Shown in pieces: positions 39,324 to 49,030 of a stretch of 64,000 nt of DNA. The notes below the pieces were generated by a model. The model saw only the letters and a list, made by a program, of their open reading frames with translations, was not told where the DNA came from and did no database searches. The stretch is from Microgenomates group bacterium. Its GTDB lineage: Bacteria > Patescibacteriota > Microgenomatia > Daviesbacterales > UBA10151. A program made the translations under genes and the position numbers. The DNA lies in contig JBAZXP010000001.1 in the NCBI GenBank assembly GCA_041659805.1, positions 128,589-192,588 of the forward strand, read 5' to 3'. Each line of letters begins with the position of its first letter. Position 1 is the stretch's first letter.

Positions 39324-41674
39324 TAAAGAGATGTCCTCCTGTTTATATCTGCTTCAACCGTTGCTACATCCCTGCCATAAGTTAGTCTGGATAGTTCCTT
39401 AATTGCTGCAGCTATTTCCGGTCTTTTCATCCCGTTCCAGGCGTTAAAATCAATGGAAACTTTCATGGAAAAAGGTGGCACTGGTTCACCGTGAACCTGA
39501 GTTTTCATATATACATGCCATGCTTCCACATTTACCAAATCCTGCTCAGAGAATACCGGTGCAAATTCGTGCTGCAGGAAATTGGCGTCAGTCACACCAA
39601 CTCTGTAAGAAATAACAGTACCCACATTTCCAAAGATGGCATTTTTAATATCTTCCGGCATCTGACCAATAAACTGATTAGCCACAATCAGGTCTAATTT
39701 ATATTTTCTGGCCTCAGATAAAATGGTGGCAAAAGTGTCGGTGGCAAAATTCTGGAATTCATCTACATAAAGGTAAAACGGCTTTCTTTGCTCCTCCGGA
39801 ATATTGGCCCGGGACATTGCTGCTGCCAAAATCTTTGGTACTAAAATTAGCCCTAAGAAGTTAGAATTTTCCTCCCCCATCATACCTTTGGATAAATTCA
39901 CAATTAAAATTTTTCCTTCATCCATAATCTGACGAAAATTAAATGAAGATTTAGATTGCCCGATGATATTTCGAAGCATTCTGTTGGTGACAAATCTACC
40001 AAATTTGGAAACTGTATAATCCAACACTTCCGATTTATGAAAATCAGCAGTGTGGGCAATCTGGTCTGTCCAATAACGCCTGACTACCGGATCAGTTACA
40101 TGAGGCAATAATTCTTTCACATACTCCGGATCCTGCATAATCCTCATCACTTCTACAAAGGTGTTTCCCTGAACCGACATGACAGTTAACATGGCGTTTC
40201 TAATACCGTGTTCAAACCTAGGCCCAATAATACCGGTTTTATTGGGGTCATAAAGCTTATACATCAAACCAATAATTTCCGTAGTGATAAAATGTTTTTC
40301 ATCCTCAGAGATTGCTTCCATCATGTTCATGCCAAACGGCCTATCGACATCTCCCGGATTAAAATAAATCACATCTTTTGCCCTATGAGGAGGTATCAAA
40401 GACAACATCTCTTCAGCTGCATCTCCGTGGGGATCAATGAAAGCCAAACCTCTACCTGCCATAATATCCTGCAACATTAAGGTTTTTAAGAGCGTTGTTT
40501 TTCCTGTACCGGTACGCCCAATCATATACATGTGTCTCTGGCGATCGTCTTCGGAGATAAAAACAGGCCTTTCTGTTCCCCGGAAGATTGATTTGCCAAG
40601 ATATAATCCTTCTGTGGGGATTTTTTCTGAAGCAGGAGCAGACCTAGCTGCCAACCAATTAATATGTGGCGTGGTAATTTGTTTATTGGGAAAATGATAA
40701 ATTGAGGCAATCTCATCTGAAGTTAAAACAGGAGTTTTGGTAAACATCGGCATATAACGGTAAACAAAATCAGTCATAAATCCTTTTTCTGATTTTACTT
40801 TGGCGCCTGTAAAATTATTATAGGGACCGGAAAATTGCTCAAAAGCAGCTTTAATATTAGAAAGATGAGCTTTGGCGCTTTCTTTACTGGTGGAAGATGT
40901 CACGATTCTGATAGCCACATTAAAACCGGGTTTGGAAATTTTAGTTTCAACGGCTTCCAATTGTTTGGCATCCGGCGGTGGCTTAGGAGCATCGGGCTTG
41001 CCTGGTTCTTTTTCTTTTTTAACAAATTTTTTGCCTGCATCTTTCCATTTATTATCAGCCGGAGCAACAACCATCTGAATGACAGCTCCCTCCCCTGTTT
41101 GCATTTTTGCCAAAGCAGCAGTCAACGATGACAAAGGATCAGTCGGCAAATCTTTATAAGTTTTAATGGGAAAATAGTCAGAACTTTTAAGAGTATACAT
41201 CGCATAGGCAGTCTGTCCTTGTTCTGTAAAAATATTATATTCAGGCATTACTTTGATTTCAGCATCAGGATAAGCTCCATGAACTTGTTTTTCAATTAAA
41301 TCCTGTAAAGATTTAGGTACAGAAATATAAAAGGTAATTGCCTCATGTTGAGCCACAATTTCAAAGGAAAAATGTTGTTGAGGTGTAAGATTCATAAATC
41401 CACCTGATTTACGGACAGAATATAAAGCTGCAATCAGCTGTTCTGTGGCATCAATCTTAATATCGTTATCACGGGTCACAGCCACTTTTATTAATACTGA
41501 ATTCAGTGAATCTTTTTCTCTGTTTCGATCTTTGTACCAAGCCAAAAAATACCTGCCAAAATAAAGAATTAATAAAACTACAGCAGCTAAAGCCAGTCCC
41601 AAAACAATAAACAGCATAAAAGCATTAAATATTTCAGGGATAGGTGTAGTTGTTGTGCTTTCGGTTACTTCCAT
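39323..41674 (-). CDS. Membrane-anchored P-loop ATPase of the FtsK/HerA/TraD-VirD4 superfamily (type IV coupling-protein-like)
   Basis: N-terminal TM helix, Walker A MIGRTGTGKTT, Walker B-like LYVDEFQNF. Confidence 0.5.
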   Translation of the reverse strand: MEVTESTTTTPIPEIFNAFMLFIVLGLALAAVVLLILYFGRYFLAWYKDRNREKDSLNSVLIKVAVTRDNDIKIDATEQLIAALYSVRKSGGFMNLTPQQHFSFEIVAQHEAITFYISVPKSLQDLIEKQVHGAYPDAEIKVMPEYNIFTEQGQTAYAMYTLKSSDYFPIKTYKDLPTDPLSSLTAALAKMQTGEGAVIQMVVAPADNKWKDAGKKFVKKEKEPGKPDAPKPPPDAKQLEAVETKISKPGFNVAIRIVTSSTSKESAKAHLSNIKAAFEQFSGPYNNFTGAKVKSEKGFMTDFVYRYMPMFTKTPVLTSDEIASIYHFPNKQITTPHINWLAARSAPASEKIPTEGLYLGKSIFRGTERPVFISEDDRQRHMYMIGRTGTGKTTLLKTLMLQDIMAGRGLAFIDPHGDAAEEMLSLIPPHRAKDVIYFNPGDVDRPFGMNMMEAISEDEKHFITTEIIGLMYKLYDPNKTGIIGPRFEHGIRNAMLTVMSVQGNTFVEVMRIMQDPEYVKELLPHVTDPVVRRYWTDQIAHTADFHKSEVLDYTVSKFGRFVTNRMLRNIIGQSKSSFNFRQIMDEGKILIVNLSKGMMGEENSNFLGLILVPKILAAAMSRANIPEEQRKPFYLYVDEFQNFATDTFATILSEARKYKLDLIVANQFIGQMPEDIKNAIFGNVGTVISYRVGVTDANFLQHEFAPVFSEQDLVNVEAWHVYMKTQVHGEPVPPFSMKVSIDFNAWNGMKRPEIAAAIKELSRLTYGRDVATVEADINRRTSL

Positions 41675-41677
41675 AAA

Positions 41678-42061
41678 TTATACTGCCTTCTGTTCATCAA
41701 TTTTTTGTTGACGGTAAGATTCCATATTAATGATTTTTTTAGATTCAGTAGATCTATCTGTATCCCCTATTCCTTCTGGCAGCATAGCATTAAATTCTTC
41801 TTTAATATTATCCGTCGTTGATGTTATCTCTGCCTCGCCTTGATTTTCTTCAGTTTGGATCTGTACCACACCCTTTAAAAAATCTTCAATATTGGAAGTA
41901 GCTGCATTTTCTGCTACTTCACCTTGAGGGGTAACATCAGCAACTTTTACCCCAACAGCCTCAGCTATTTCTTGTCTTGTTGTTTCAATGTATTGGCTAT
42001 GACCTACTCCCGGCACAACATTAGTCGACTTTAGAATTTCTGGGTCTGAATTAATTGGCAT
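41678..42061 (-). CDS. Acidic hypothetical protein (first gene of the ATPase operon)
   Basis: ORF only. Confidence 0.3.
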   Translation of the reverse strand: MPINSDPEILKSTNVVPGVGHSQYIETTRQEIAEAVGVKVADVTPQGEVAENAATSNIEDFLKGVVQIQTEENQGEAEITSTTDNIKEEFNAMLPEGIGDTDRSTESKKIINMESYRQQKIDEQKAV

Positions 42062-42093
42062 ACACCTATTATATATACAATTTGAAAAAGAAG

Positions 42094-43017
42094 TTAGTCC
42101 AGAGTATCCAGGTATTGTTCCACATCCAGGGCTGCTTTAGCACCTGCCCCCACAGCTGTTACCACTTGTCTGTACTTTGGATCTGCCACATCTCCTGCTA
42201 CAAACACACCCTTAACAGATGTTTGTGTTTCCCCTGTTTTAACAACAAAACCTTTTTCGTCTAAATCCACCTGTCCTTTCAAAAAGTCAGTGGCTGGTTT
42301 GTGACCAATCGCTATAAAAACACCTTCAACTTCTAGAGCAGATTCCTCGCCTGTTTGATTATTTTTAATTTTAACTCCGGTTACTTTTTGATCTCCTAAA
42401 ACATCAGTCACCTCTGAGTTAAAAATAAATTTAACATTTTCTTTGGATTTAACCTGTTCCTGCAAAGCTTCCTGAGCTCGTAATGCTTCCCGACGATGAA
42501 CAACTGTTACTTCCGAGGCTATTTTGGATAGATAAACTGCTTCTTTTAAAGCACTGTCTCCTCCACCAACTATTGCTACTTTTTTGCCTTTAAAAAACGG
42601 CCCGTCACAAACTGCACAGGCAGAAACTCCTCTGCCGATTAATTTCATCTCAGACGGCAATCCCATCCAGACAGGAGATGAACCGGTGGCGATAATAACT
42701 GCCTTAGCTTTGAGAGTTTTTGTATCAGTTGTTATTTCGAATGGTTTTTTGGAAAAATCCACTGATTTCACTTCTTCACGCACAAATCTGGTTTCAAATC
42801 TCTCAGCCTGTTTCCAAAAAAGTTGAGCCAGCTCAGGAGCTTTAACTCCTTCCGGAAAACCGGGATAGTCATCAATTTCTGTGGCCAACGATGGTTGCCC
42901 CCCAGGAACACTACCCGCAATCACTAAAGGTTTGAGCTCGCCACGGGCAGCATAAATTGCAGCACAAAGCCCGGCCGGTCCTGACCCGATAATAATTAAT
43001 TTTTCTATTTCTTCCAT
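42094..43017 (-). CDS. trxB: Thioredoxin-disulfide reductase
   Basis: FAD motif IIGSGPAGLCAAIYAA, redox CAVCDG, NADPH motif VVGGGDSA. Confidence 0.85.
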   Translation of the reverse strand: MEEIEKLIIIGSGPAGLCAAIYAARGELKPLVIAGSVPGGQPSLATEIDDYPGFPEGVKAPELAQLFWKQAERFETRFVREEVKSVDFSKKPFEITTDTKTLKAKAVIIATGSSPVWMGLPSEMKLIGRGVSACAVCDGPFFKGKKVAIVGGGDSALKEAVYLSKIASEVTVVHRREALRAQEALQEQVKSKENVKFIFNSEVTDVLGDQKVTGVKIKNNQTGEESALEVEGVFIAIGHKPATDFLKGQVDLDEKGFVVKTGETQTSVKGVFVAGDVADPKYRQVVTAVGAGAKAALDVEQYLDTLD

Positions 43018-43020
43018 TTA

Positions 43021-43284
43021 TTATTTTACCTTTGTACCAGCTGCAGTTGAGGTCTTAGTCTTGGTGGGGGTCGGACTAACTTTACCGCTCTGTGTTGCTT
43101 GAGCTGATGCGCTTCCTATTACCTGACTGGTTGTTGGTGTTGCTTCAATTTTTATAACTGTGGGGGTAGGTGTTACAACAGCCTGATTAGTTAAGGTTTG
43201 AAATTTACCCCTCGTCCACAGCAAAAATACTACCATCAGAAGAATGATCAAAACAATAATTAATATTGTCACATTTCGATTCAT
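43021..43284 (-). CDS. Small Thr/Pro-rich secreted or anchored protein
   Basis: TM followed by low-complexity sequence. Confidence 0.25.
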   Translation of the reverse strand: MNRNVTILIIVLIILLMVVFLLWTRGKFQTLTNQAVVTPTPTVIKIEATPTTSQVIGSASAQATQSGKVSPTPTKTKTSTAAGTKVK

Positions 43285-43389
43285 CTGTCCTCACCTCCCT
43301 CTTGGCAGTAGATGCCTTTATTCTAGCCGCTCAACTGATTTTGAGCAAGACCTTGTCCCAACGCAAACTTGGTGGTAACATAGGAAAAC

Positions 43390-43794
43390 ATGAAAAGCTG
43401 GCATATAGTTATTGCAGTAATTATCGTTTTGTCAGGGCTGATATTCTTCTTATCAAAATCAACCAACTCATCAAATAAAGCTACTCTAAACCCCAACGCT
43501 TTAACCTATTTTTGGTCAATAACCTGTCCTCACTGTAAAAATGTAGCTGATTTTTTAAATACCTGGCCAAATACTGATAAACTAAACTTAGATAAAAAAG
43601 AAATCTCTGAAGACCGGACAAATCAAGTATTGTTTACTGAAGCAGGGAAAAAATGTAATATCCCCTCAGATCAAATGGGAGTACCTTTGCTAATAACACC
43701 GGATAATAAATGCATTTCCGGCGATCAACCAGTGATCGAATATTTTAAGAGCCTTTTCCCTGATGCTTCCATTTCAGCCACACCTACGCAATGA
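43390..43794 (+). CDS. Membrane-anchored thioredoxin-fold protein (CPHC)
   Basis: WSITCPHCKN motif after an N-terminal TM helix. Confidence 0.45.
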   Translation: MKSWHIVIAVIIVLSGLIFFLSKSTNSSNKATLNPNALTYFWSITCPHCKNVADFLNTWPNTDKLNLDKKEISEDRTNQVLFTEAGKKCNIPSDQMGVPLLITPDNKCISGDQPVIEYFKSLFPDASISATPTQ

Positions 43795-44315
43795 AAAAAA
43801 TAATCACCTTATTTTCTACCTCAACATTTTTGCTCCTAACTTATCTTGCAACAGCCTTACCCGCTAAAGCAGTCTGTCCTGTTTGTACTGTGGCAGTCGG
43901 TGCGGGACTAGGATTATCCAGATATTTTGGTATAGATGATTCCCTCTCAGGAATCTGGGTGGGAGGACTAATTTTATCCACCGCCTTATGGACAGCTGAT
44001 TGGATTCATAAAAGGGGTCTAAAAATAAAAATCAGGGTGATTAATATTGTTTCAATAATTGCGTTTTACGCCTTAACCATTATTCCGCTTTATTATTCAG
44101 GCATAATTGGCCACCCATACAACACAATTTATGGCATGGATAAATTGTTATTTGGCACAATTATCGGTTCCCTTGTTTTTACTTTAGGAATCAGTTTGGA
44201 TAAACTGGCGAGGAAGAAATACGGCAGACAATTTTTTGTCTATCAAAAAGTGGTCTTTCCTGTTGTTTCATTAATGATCATAACTTTAATTTTGTATCTG
44301 GCAATTCATAAATAA
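43791..44315 (+). CDS. Polytopic membrane protein with CPVC at the end of TM1 (DsbB/VKOR-like position)
   Basis: 4-5 TM helices; CxxC motif; translationally coupled to the upstream thioredoxin-like gene. Confidence 0.3.
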   Translation: MKKIITLFSTSTFLLLTYLATALPAKAVCPVCTVAVGAGLGLSRYFGIDDSLSGIWVGGLILSTALWTADWIHKRGLKIKIRVINIVSIIAFYALTIIPLYYSGIIGHPYNTIYGMDKLLFGTIIGSLVFTLGISLDKLARKKYGRQFFVYQKVVFPVVSLMIITLILYLAIHK

Positions 44316-44317
44316 AT

Positions 44318-44860
44318 ATGAGCAAATCCGACGACGTTAAAAATTTACTAAAAAAGGTTGAAGGTGTAACTAAAGAAAAAAAGTTAGACCTTTCCTCTGA
44401 TGAAGATTTATCAATTGCCATCATGAATTTGATTTCAATTGAGGAGCATTTATTTTTTACCTCTCAAAAAACAGGCAAATCTTCTTACCTTGATCTTCTA
44501 AAAGAAGTAAGAGAAATGAGAAAAGATTTGCTCAAAGAAATCATTACAGATTATGAAGGTGAAGTTTGGTGTATTTCCAAACATTTATTGGCTTCATCCA
44601 TGAGGCTGATGGAAGTAGGAACAAAAGAATTAGGAAAAGGCAATAAATCCAAAGCAGAAGGTTTATTTACCAAGGCATATAACCTCTACTCTCTTTTCTG
44701 GGGCATTAATTTAAATATTGTTCACACAGATAATGTTAAAAGAAATGATACTGAGATCAATTTTATGGATGAAAAAACACCGCAAAAAAAATCTTCAGGA
44801 TCTATTTTTGATAAATTAGGTGAGGTTGTTAAAAAAGCAGTTGATTGCTGCAAAGAATAG
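44318..44860 (+). CDS. Hypothetical protein
   Basis: ORF only. Confidence 0.3.
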   Translation: MSKSDDVKNLLKKVEGVTKEKKLDLSSDEDLSIAIMNLISIEEHLFFTSQKTGKSSYLDLLKEVREMRKDLLKEIITDYEGEVWCISKHLLASSMRLMEVGTKELGKGNKSKAEGLFTKAYNLYSLFWGINLNIVHTDNVKRNDTEINFMDEKTPQKKSSGSIFDKLGEVVKKAVDCCKE

Positions 44861-44902
44861 CCTCTTTACTATCCTATAATTCAGGTTTATAATCAATTAC
44901 TA

Positions 44903-45547
44903 ATGAACGATTATCTGAGACCAGGTATTCCGTTAGATGCAAGCACCATACAATTAGTTGGCGCCAGAAACACCCCGCTAAATTTCCAAGCAGATCATTT
45001 ACGTAAAAAGATCCAATTACAAGAATATTTAACTTCTATTGGTATTGATATTCCCTTAAATCCAGATCCAGATCAGGATACTCCAAGAACTTGGTTAGTA
45101 AGAGGAACCCCAAAAACGAATACCTTGTCTGAAAAACATTTATTACCCCAAACTGGTCAATTAGGAACTAAAGGTGTTTTTTTTGGAGAATGCCTTAGCC
45201 CTGTTGTGGTTCCTGATTGGGGTGTCGTCTTTGTTTATCCCAATACGATCACATCCAGGTGGTTAAATATAAAATCCAGAATATTCCAAAAACTAGTCGG
45301 ATATGTTGCTGCAAAAAATCATTGGAACACAGCTAAAATTGGAGAAGGAGCAACCGCCTATGAAACAGTCTATTCTAAATATCCTATTTTTTCACCAACA
45401 GATGGAATATGCACTATCCCAAATGCATTGCCTGTCGATCAAGCGCAACACATAGTTATGGTCGGGCAAGGCAAATATAAAGATAGCGTTTCTGTCAAAT
45501 CATTCCCAGAAGAAATACAAAATAAAATCTCCTTTTTTGCACATTAA
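44903..45547 (+). CDS. Hypothetical protein
   Basis: ORF only. Confidence 0.3.
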   Translation: MNDYLRPGIPLDASTIQLVGARNTPLNFQADHLRKKIQLQEYLTSIGIDIPLNPDPDQDTPRTWLVRGTPKTNTLSEKHLLPQTGQLGTKGVFFGECLSPVVVPDWGVVFVYPNTITSRWLNIKSRIFQKLVGYVAAKNHWNTAKIGEGATAYETVYSKYPIFSPTDGICTIPNALPVDQAQHIVMVGQGKYKDSVSVKSFPEEIQNKISFFAH

Positions 45548-45564
45548 TTTCCTGAAATAATAAA

Positions 45565-45894
45565 TTACTTACGCATTGTTAGAAGCATTTTGAACTTTTT
45601 TTTAGCTTTTAAGGCATGTGGGATATTGGCAGGCATATGAATTATTTCCCCTATTAAAACATTGTGTTTTTCTCCTGAAATTGTAATTTCAGCCTCACCA
45701 TCAATTATTTGAACCAAAGCTTCAAAGGGAGTGGTATGTTCACTGAGTCCCTGCCCCTCATCAAAAGCAAATAAAGTTATAGTGCCAGATGGTGTTTTTA
45801 AAATTTCCTTACTCACCACAGCATCTTTTTGATATTCAATAGCATTTACTAGATTTAGTGGTTTCATATATGAAACTCCTGGCTTATTTTCCAA
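45565..45894 (-). CDS. Cupin domain protein
   Basis: G(X)5HxH…E…H-like motif HTTPFEALVQIIDGEAEI…HMPANIPHAL. Confidence 0.5.
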   Translation of the reverse strand: MENKPGVSYMKPLNLVNAIEYQKDAVVSKEILKTPSGTITLFAFDEGQGLSEHTTPFEALVQIIDGEAEITISGEKHNVLIGEIIHMPANIPHALKAKKKFKMLLTMRK

Positions 45895-46748
45895 ACACCT
45901 TTTTCTCTGAATGCCGGTATTGTTTGACGACGGGCAGCATTAAGAAGCTTAGAAGTAGATGTTTTATGTTTCCTGGCATAATCTACCAATGGCATTATTA
46001 CCTCCCCTTTTAAATAGGTGTTCCTTTTATGAAAAGATTCTATAAGGGCTAAGCCTAAAATCTTTTCCATAATTTTTGTTTTTTTGTTATCACGGTATTC
46101 TACAAATGCCTGATAATAATCGCGCTTTTCTTTATCACGGATAATTAATATCGGAAATCCAAGTCTTAAGAGCTGGTAATTAATAATTACCCGCCCAATC
46201 CGGCCATTACCATCATTAAATGGATGAATAATTTCAAAATCAAGATGAAACTTAGCAATTTTGTCTAAAAAATAGGAGGAAAAATTACTGGTGTATTCTA
46301 TTAAAGCAGCCTCAATCATCTGATCTATATGTTCTGGAGCAGGAGCAATATGCGTTCCCACCCTAACATATTCACCTTTTTTTCTAAATCGACCGGCAAT
46401 ATCATCATTAATGGCTCCAATCAGCATCTGATGTAATAAAAGAATTACATCCTTACTCATCTCCGCATCTTTTGATTTAGTACGGATGTATTCTATTACT
46501 CTAGCCAGGTTTTTTGTCTCATACACCTCTCTTAAAGAGACATCCCTGGATACTTCCATTTCAAGAAGAATTTTTTCTGTTTCTTTTAGGGTTAACGTTG
46601 AATTTTCAATAGCGTTTGAGTTATATACGCTCTCAGGAATTTCTGACTCATCCAGAAGTTGTAATAAGGACTCTTTTCTTTGACGTAAAGTATCATATTC
46701 TTCTTTGAGTGCTTGAATCAAGGCTTGAGTAGGATTATTGGTAGACAT
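45864..46748 (-). CDS. Fic family protein
   Basis: Fic motif HPFNDGNGRIGR. Confidence 0.8.
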   Translation of the reverse strand: MSTNNPTQALIQALKEEYDTLRQRKESLLQLLDESEIPESVYNSNAIENSTLTLKETEKILLEMEVSRDVSLREVYETKNLARVIEYIRTKSKDAEMSKDVILLLHQMLIGAINDDIAGRFRKKGEYVRVGTHIAPAPEHIDQMIEAALIEYTSNFSSYFLDKIAKFHLDFEIIHPFNDGNGRIGRVIINYQLLRLGFPILIIRDKEKRDYYQAFVEYRDNKKTKIMEKILGLALIESFHKRNTYLKGEVIMPLVDYARKHKTSTSKLLNAARRQTIPAFREKGVWKISQEFHI

Positions 46749-46764
46749 AAAAGAATTATATCAT

Positions 46765-46829
46765 ATTCACGCTTTTTTGTCAAAAATACGTGAATTTAAT
46801 CTAAAAATGCCTTCCATTCACGCTTTTTT
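46765..46829. promoter_or_regulatory. Candidate operator upstream of fic: ATTCACGCTTTTTT direct repeat (x2) with inverted partner CGTGAAT
   Basis: ATTCACG…(18 nt)…CGTGAAT palindrome and a second ATTCACGCTTTTTT 50 bp downstream, within the divergent intergenic region. Confidence 0.35.
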
Positions 46830-46857
46830 ATAGTATCTATAACATGATATAATTAAT

Positions 46858-47319
46858 TTGATGGACAAAGCAGATCTAACAAAATTTCTAATTGAGGCTA
46901 GAAAAAATACTTATGCTTCTTCTGGTGGTAAAGTTGAACCAGTTTTTCCAGGGTCAGAACAACTGGAATATAAAAAAGATAACTGGCTTTACAGAGATAT
47001 TTTTAACATTGGTAATGGTATTTTCATGGGCCTTGAAACTGTTTATTTTGAGGATAAACCAGTTTTATCTGTCAGTTATTATGGAAACTTTAAAAGTATT
47101 ACTGAGGAAGAAACAGATAATATTTTAAGAAAAGCTTTAATGGAAAATTCAGATACTGTTAGGTTGTGGAATGATGTGGAATGGACATCTGGAAATTATA
47201 AATATACCTGTACCATAGATGCACCAGGCAGTATTGATGAATTTACTGGTTCAGAAAGTATTACAAAAGACGGAAAACAAGTTTACTTCTTCTTTTACGC
47301 TGGTGGCTTTATTGGCTAA
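46858..47319 (+). CDS. Hypothetical protein
   Basis: ORF only. Confidence 0.3.
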   Translation: MMDKADLTKFLIEARKNTYASSGGKVEPVFPGSEQLEYKKDNWLYRDIFNIGNGIFMGLETVYFEDKPVLSVSYYGNFKSITEEETDNILRKALMENSDTVRLWNDVEWTSGNYKYTCTIDAPGSIDEFTGSESITKDGKQVYFFFYAGGFIG

Positions 47320-47654
47320 ACTTTCTTATGTTGTTCTGGGAACCAAGCTGGGGTACATGGAACAAACATAGTTAAATTGCCTTCCCAAAAATATTTTTCA
47401 TTTGGTTCTATTAAAACCAAATCTCCTTCTTTCAGGTTAATTTCATTATCCTCTACTATCACTTTCCCATTTCCTTTTATAATATAAGCCATTTCTTTAC
47501 ATTCTAAATTTACTACTCTGCCTGAATCAGGATATCTGCCGGAAACTTCTACCACTGCACCATTAATATCCTTGTCCCCTATTGGGTACTCGTAAGCTGT
47601 GCAAAGAGCACTATTTTCATGTCTTTTTACATCTTCCTTTTTAACAATTTTCAT
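47316..47654 (-). CDS. Cupin-like small protein
   Basis: Beta-rich; weak cupin_2 resemblance. Confidence 0.35.
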   Translation of the reverse strand: MKIVKKEDVKRHENSALCTAYEYPIGDKDINGAVVEVSGRYPDSGRVVNLECKEMAYIIKGNGKVIVEDNEINLKEGDLVLIEPNEKYFWEGNLTMFVPCTPAWFPEQHKKV

Positions 47655-47974
47655 TCTGTAACTTTATTTACTCTTTTAATATTTCTCAGTCCCATAAAAA
47701 GCATAAAAATAAGCACAATTTTGGCTATATAATTACCATTTGGATCTAACAGCGTTTTCATAAAAGGTGAATGGACCTGAAAAATTAGATGGAAGATTAC
47801 TCCAATAGGTAGGGTTAGCCACAACCAGCTGGATCTGGAAATTGAAATATTAAATCTGGCAAATAATTTGGAAAACAAAGGAGCAACCAGAAAAATACCT
47901 ATATATGCTATTAAAGTATCAAAAAGAGTAAAAGGACCTACCCTATATTGTCTTAAAACTTCTATAAACCCCAT
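47651..47974 (-). CDS. Small membrane protein
   Basis: Three TM helices. Confidence 0.3.
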   Translation of the reverse strand: MGFIEVLRQYRVGPFTLFDTLIAYIGIFLVAPLFSKLFARFNISISRSSWLWLTLPIGVIFHLIFQVHSPFMKTLLDPNGNYIAKIVLIFMLFMGLRNIKRVNKVTE

Positions 47975-48169
47975 AAAGTTATATTAACAGTTATCTTATT
48001 ATACCAAGACCAAGAACTCCAATAATAATTAAATAAATAGCAATTAGATAATTAAGAAACTTTGGAAAAATAAGAATCAAAATACCAAAGGCGAGGGACG
48101 CCAAAGGACTTAAATTTGTAGTAGAAAAATCCATTTTTTCTCACCCCCTTATTTTTTAGTTGTAATATA

Positions 48170-48643
48170 TCAGGTAGCAATTTGTAAATTTTGCTGTCTT
48201 GATACTTCATCAATTAAAAAAACCTGATTACTTCGTAAGAGTGGAAGATTATCTTTAGTAAAAAAACCATATTCAGATATTTCATGAGTTGGCTTAAATT
48301 CTCCACCAATCAAAATACCGCTATAGCACATATCTAATCTAGCACTGTCACGATCAGTGCGGGTTTTTAATGATTCATCAACGCTTACTACTAGGCCTGA
48401 CTCCTCTTTTATTTCTCTCTCAAGTGCTTCACGAGGATGCTCCCCTGCTTTTAAATACCCTCCAGGTAAACTCCAAGCATGTGATCTGTAAACATGCTTA
48501 AAAAGAAGGATTTCCTTTTTATCATTAAAAATTATCCCAGTAACTCCAACTAAAAATTGATCCTGAAAAAAACGCATAATAAATAATTGTAGATTTTTAG
48601 ATAAATGCAGAGCTTTCCAGAGTTTGGCAAGTAACGTTTTCAT
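48170..48643 (-). CDS. NUDIX hydrolase
   Basis: Nudix box GGYLKAGEHPREALEREIKEESGL. Confidence 0.7.
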   Translation of the reverse strand: MKTLLAKLWKALHLSKNLQLFIMRFFQDQFLVGVTGIIFNDKKEILLFKHVYRSHAWSLPGGYLKAGEHPREALEREIKEESGLVVSVDESLKTRTDRDSARLDMCYSGILIGGEFKPTHEISEYGFFTKDNLPLLRSNQVFLIDEVSRQQNLQIAT

Positions 48644-48984
48644 AAAGCATTTTTGTCTTCTACTACCGCACCTGAATCATGTCCTAATTTTTCATTTTCC
48701 AATTCTAATTGGTGAACCCGCTTGGTTAACTCCAATACCTCATCCTTATTTTCTTTGATTTCATTATCTTTGCCCCGAAGTGTAAAAGAGGTAGAAATTT
48801 CACGCACAAGATAAATCACATAAGATAATACCAACCCCACTACCAGTGAGCTGACAATGACATAAAATAATGGAATGTTTAAAAAAGTATACAACCCTAA
48901 ATTAACTGATACAGGTATAAAATTATATTGCGATATATAAACCAAGATTGATCCAACAACCAAAAGTAAAATTAAAATTAACAT
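48640..48984 (-). CDS. Small membrane protein with coiled-coil tail
   Basis: Two TM helices + LELENEKL. Confidence 0.3.
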   Translation of the reverse strand: MLILILLLVVGSILVYISQYNFIPVSVNLGLYTFLNIPLFYVIVSSLVVGLVLSYVIYLVREISTSFTLRGKDNEIKENKDEVLELTKRVHQLELENEKLGHDSGAVVEDKNAL

Positions 48985-49030
48985 AATTGATTATACTCTT
49001 TATACAGTTGGGTATGTGTAGTACGATTTT

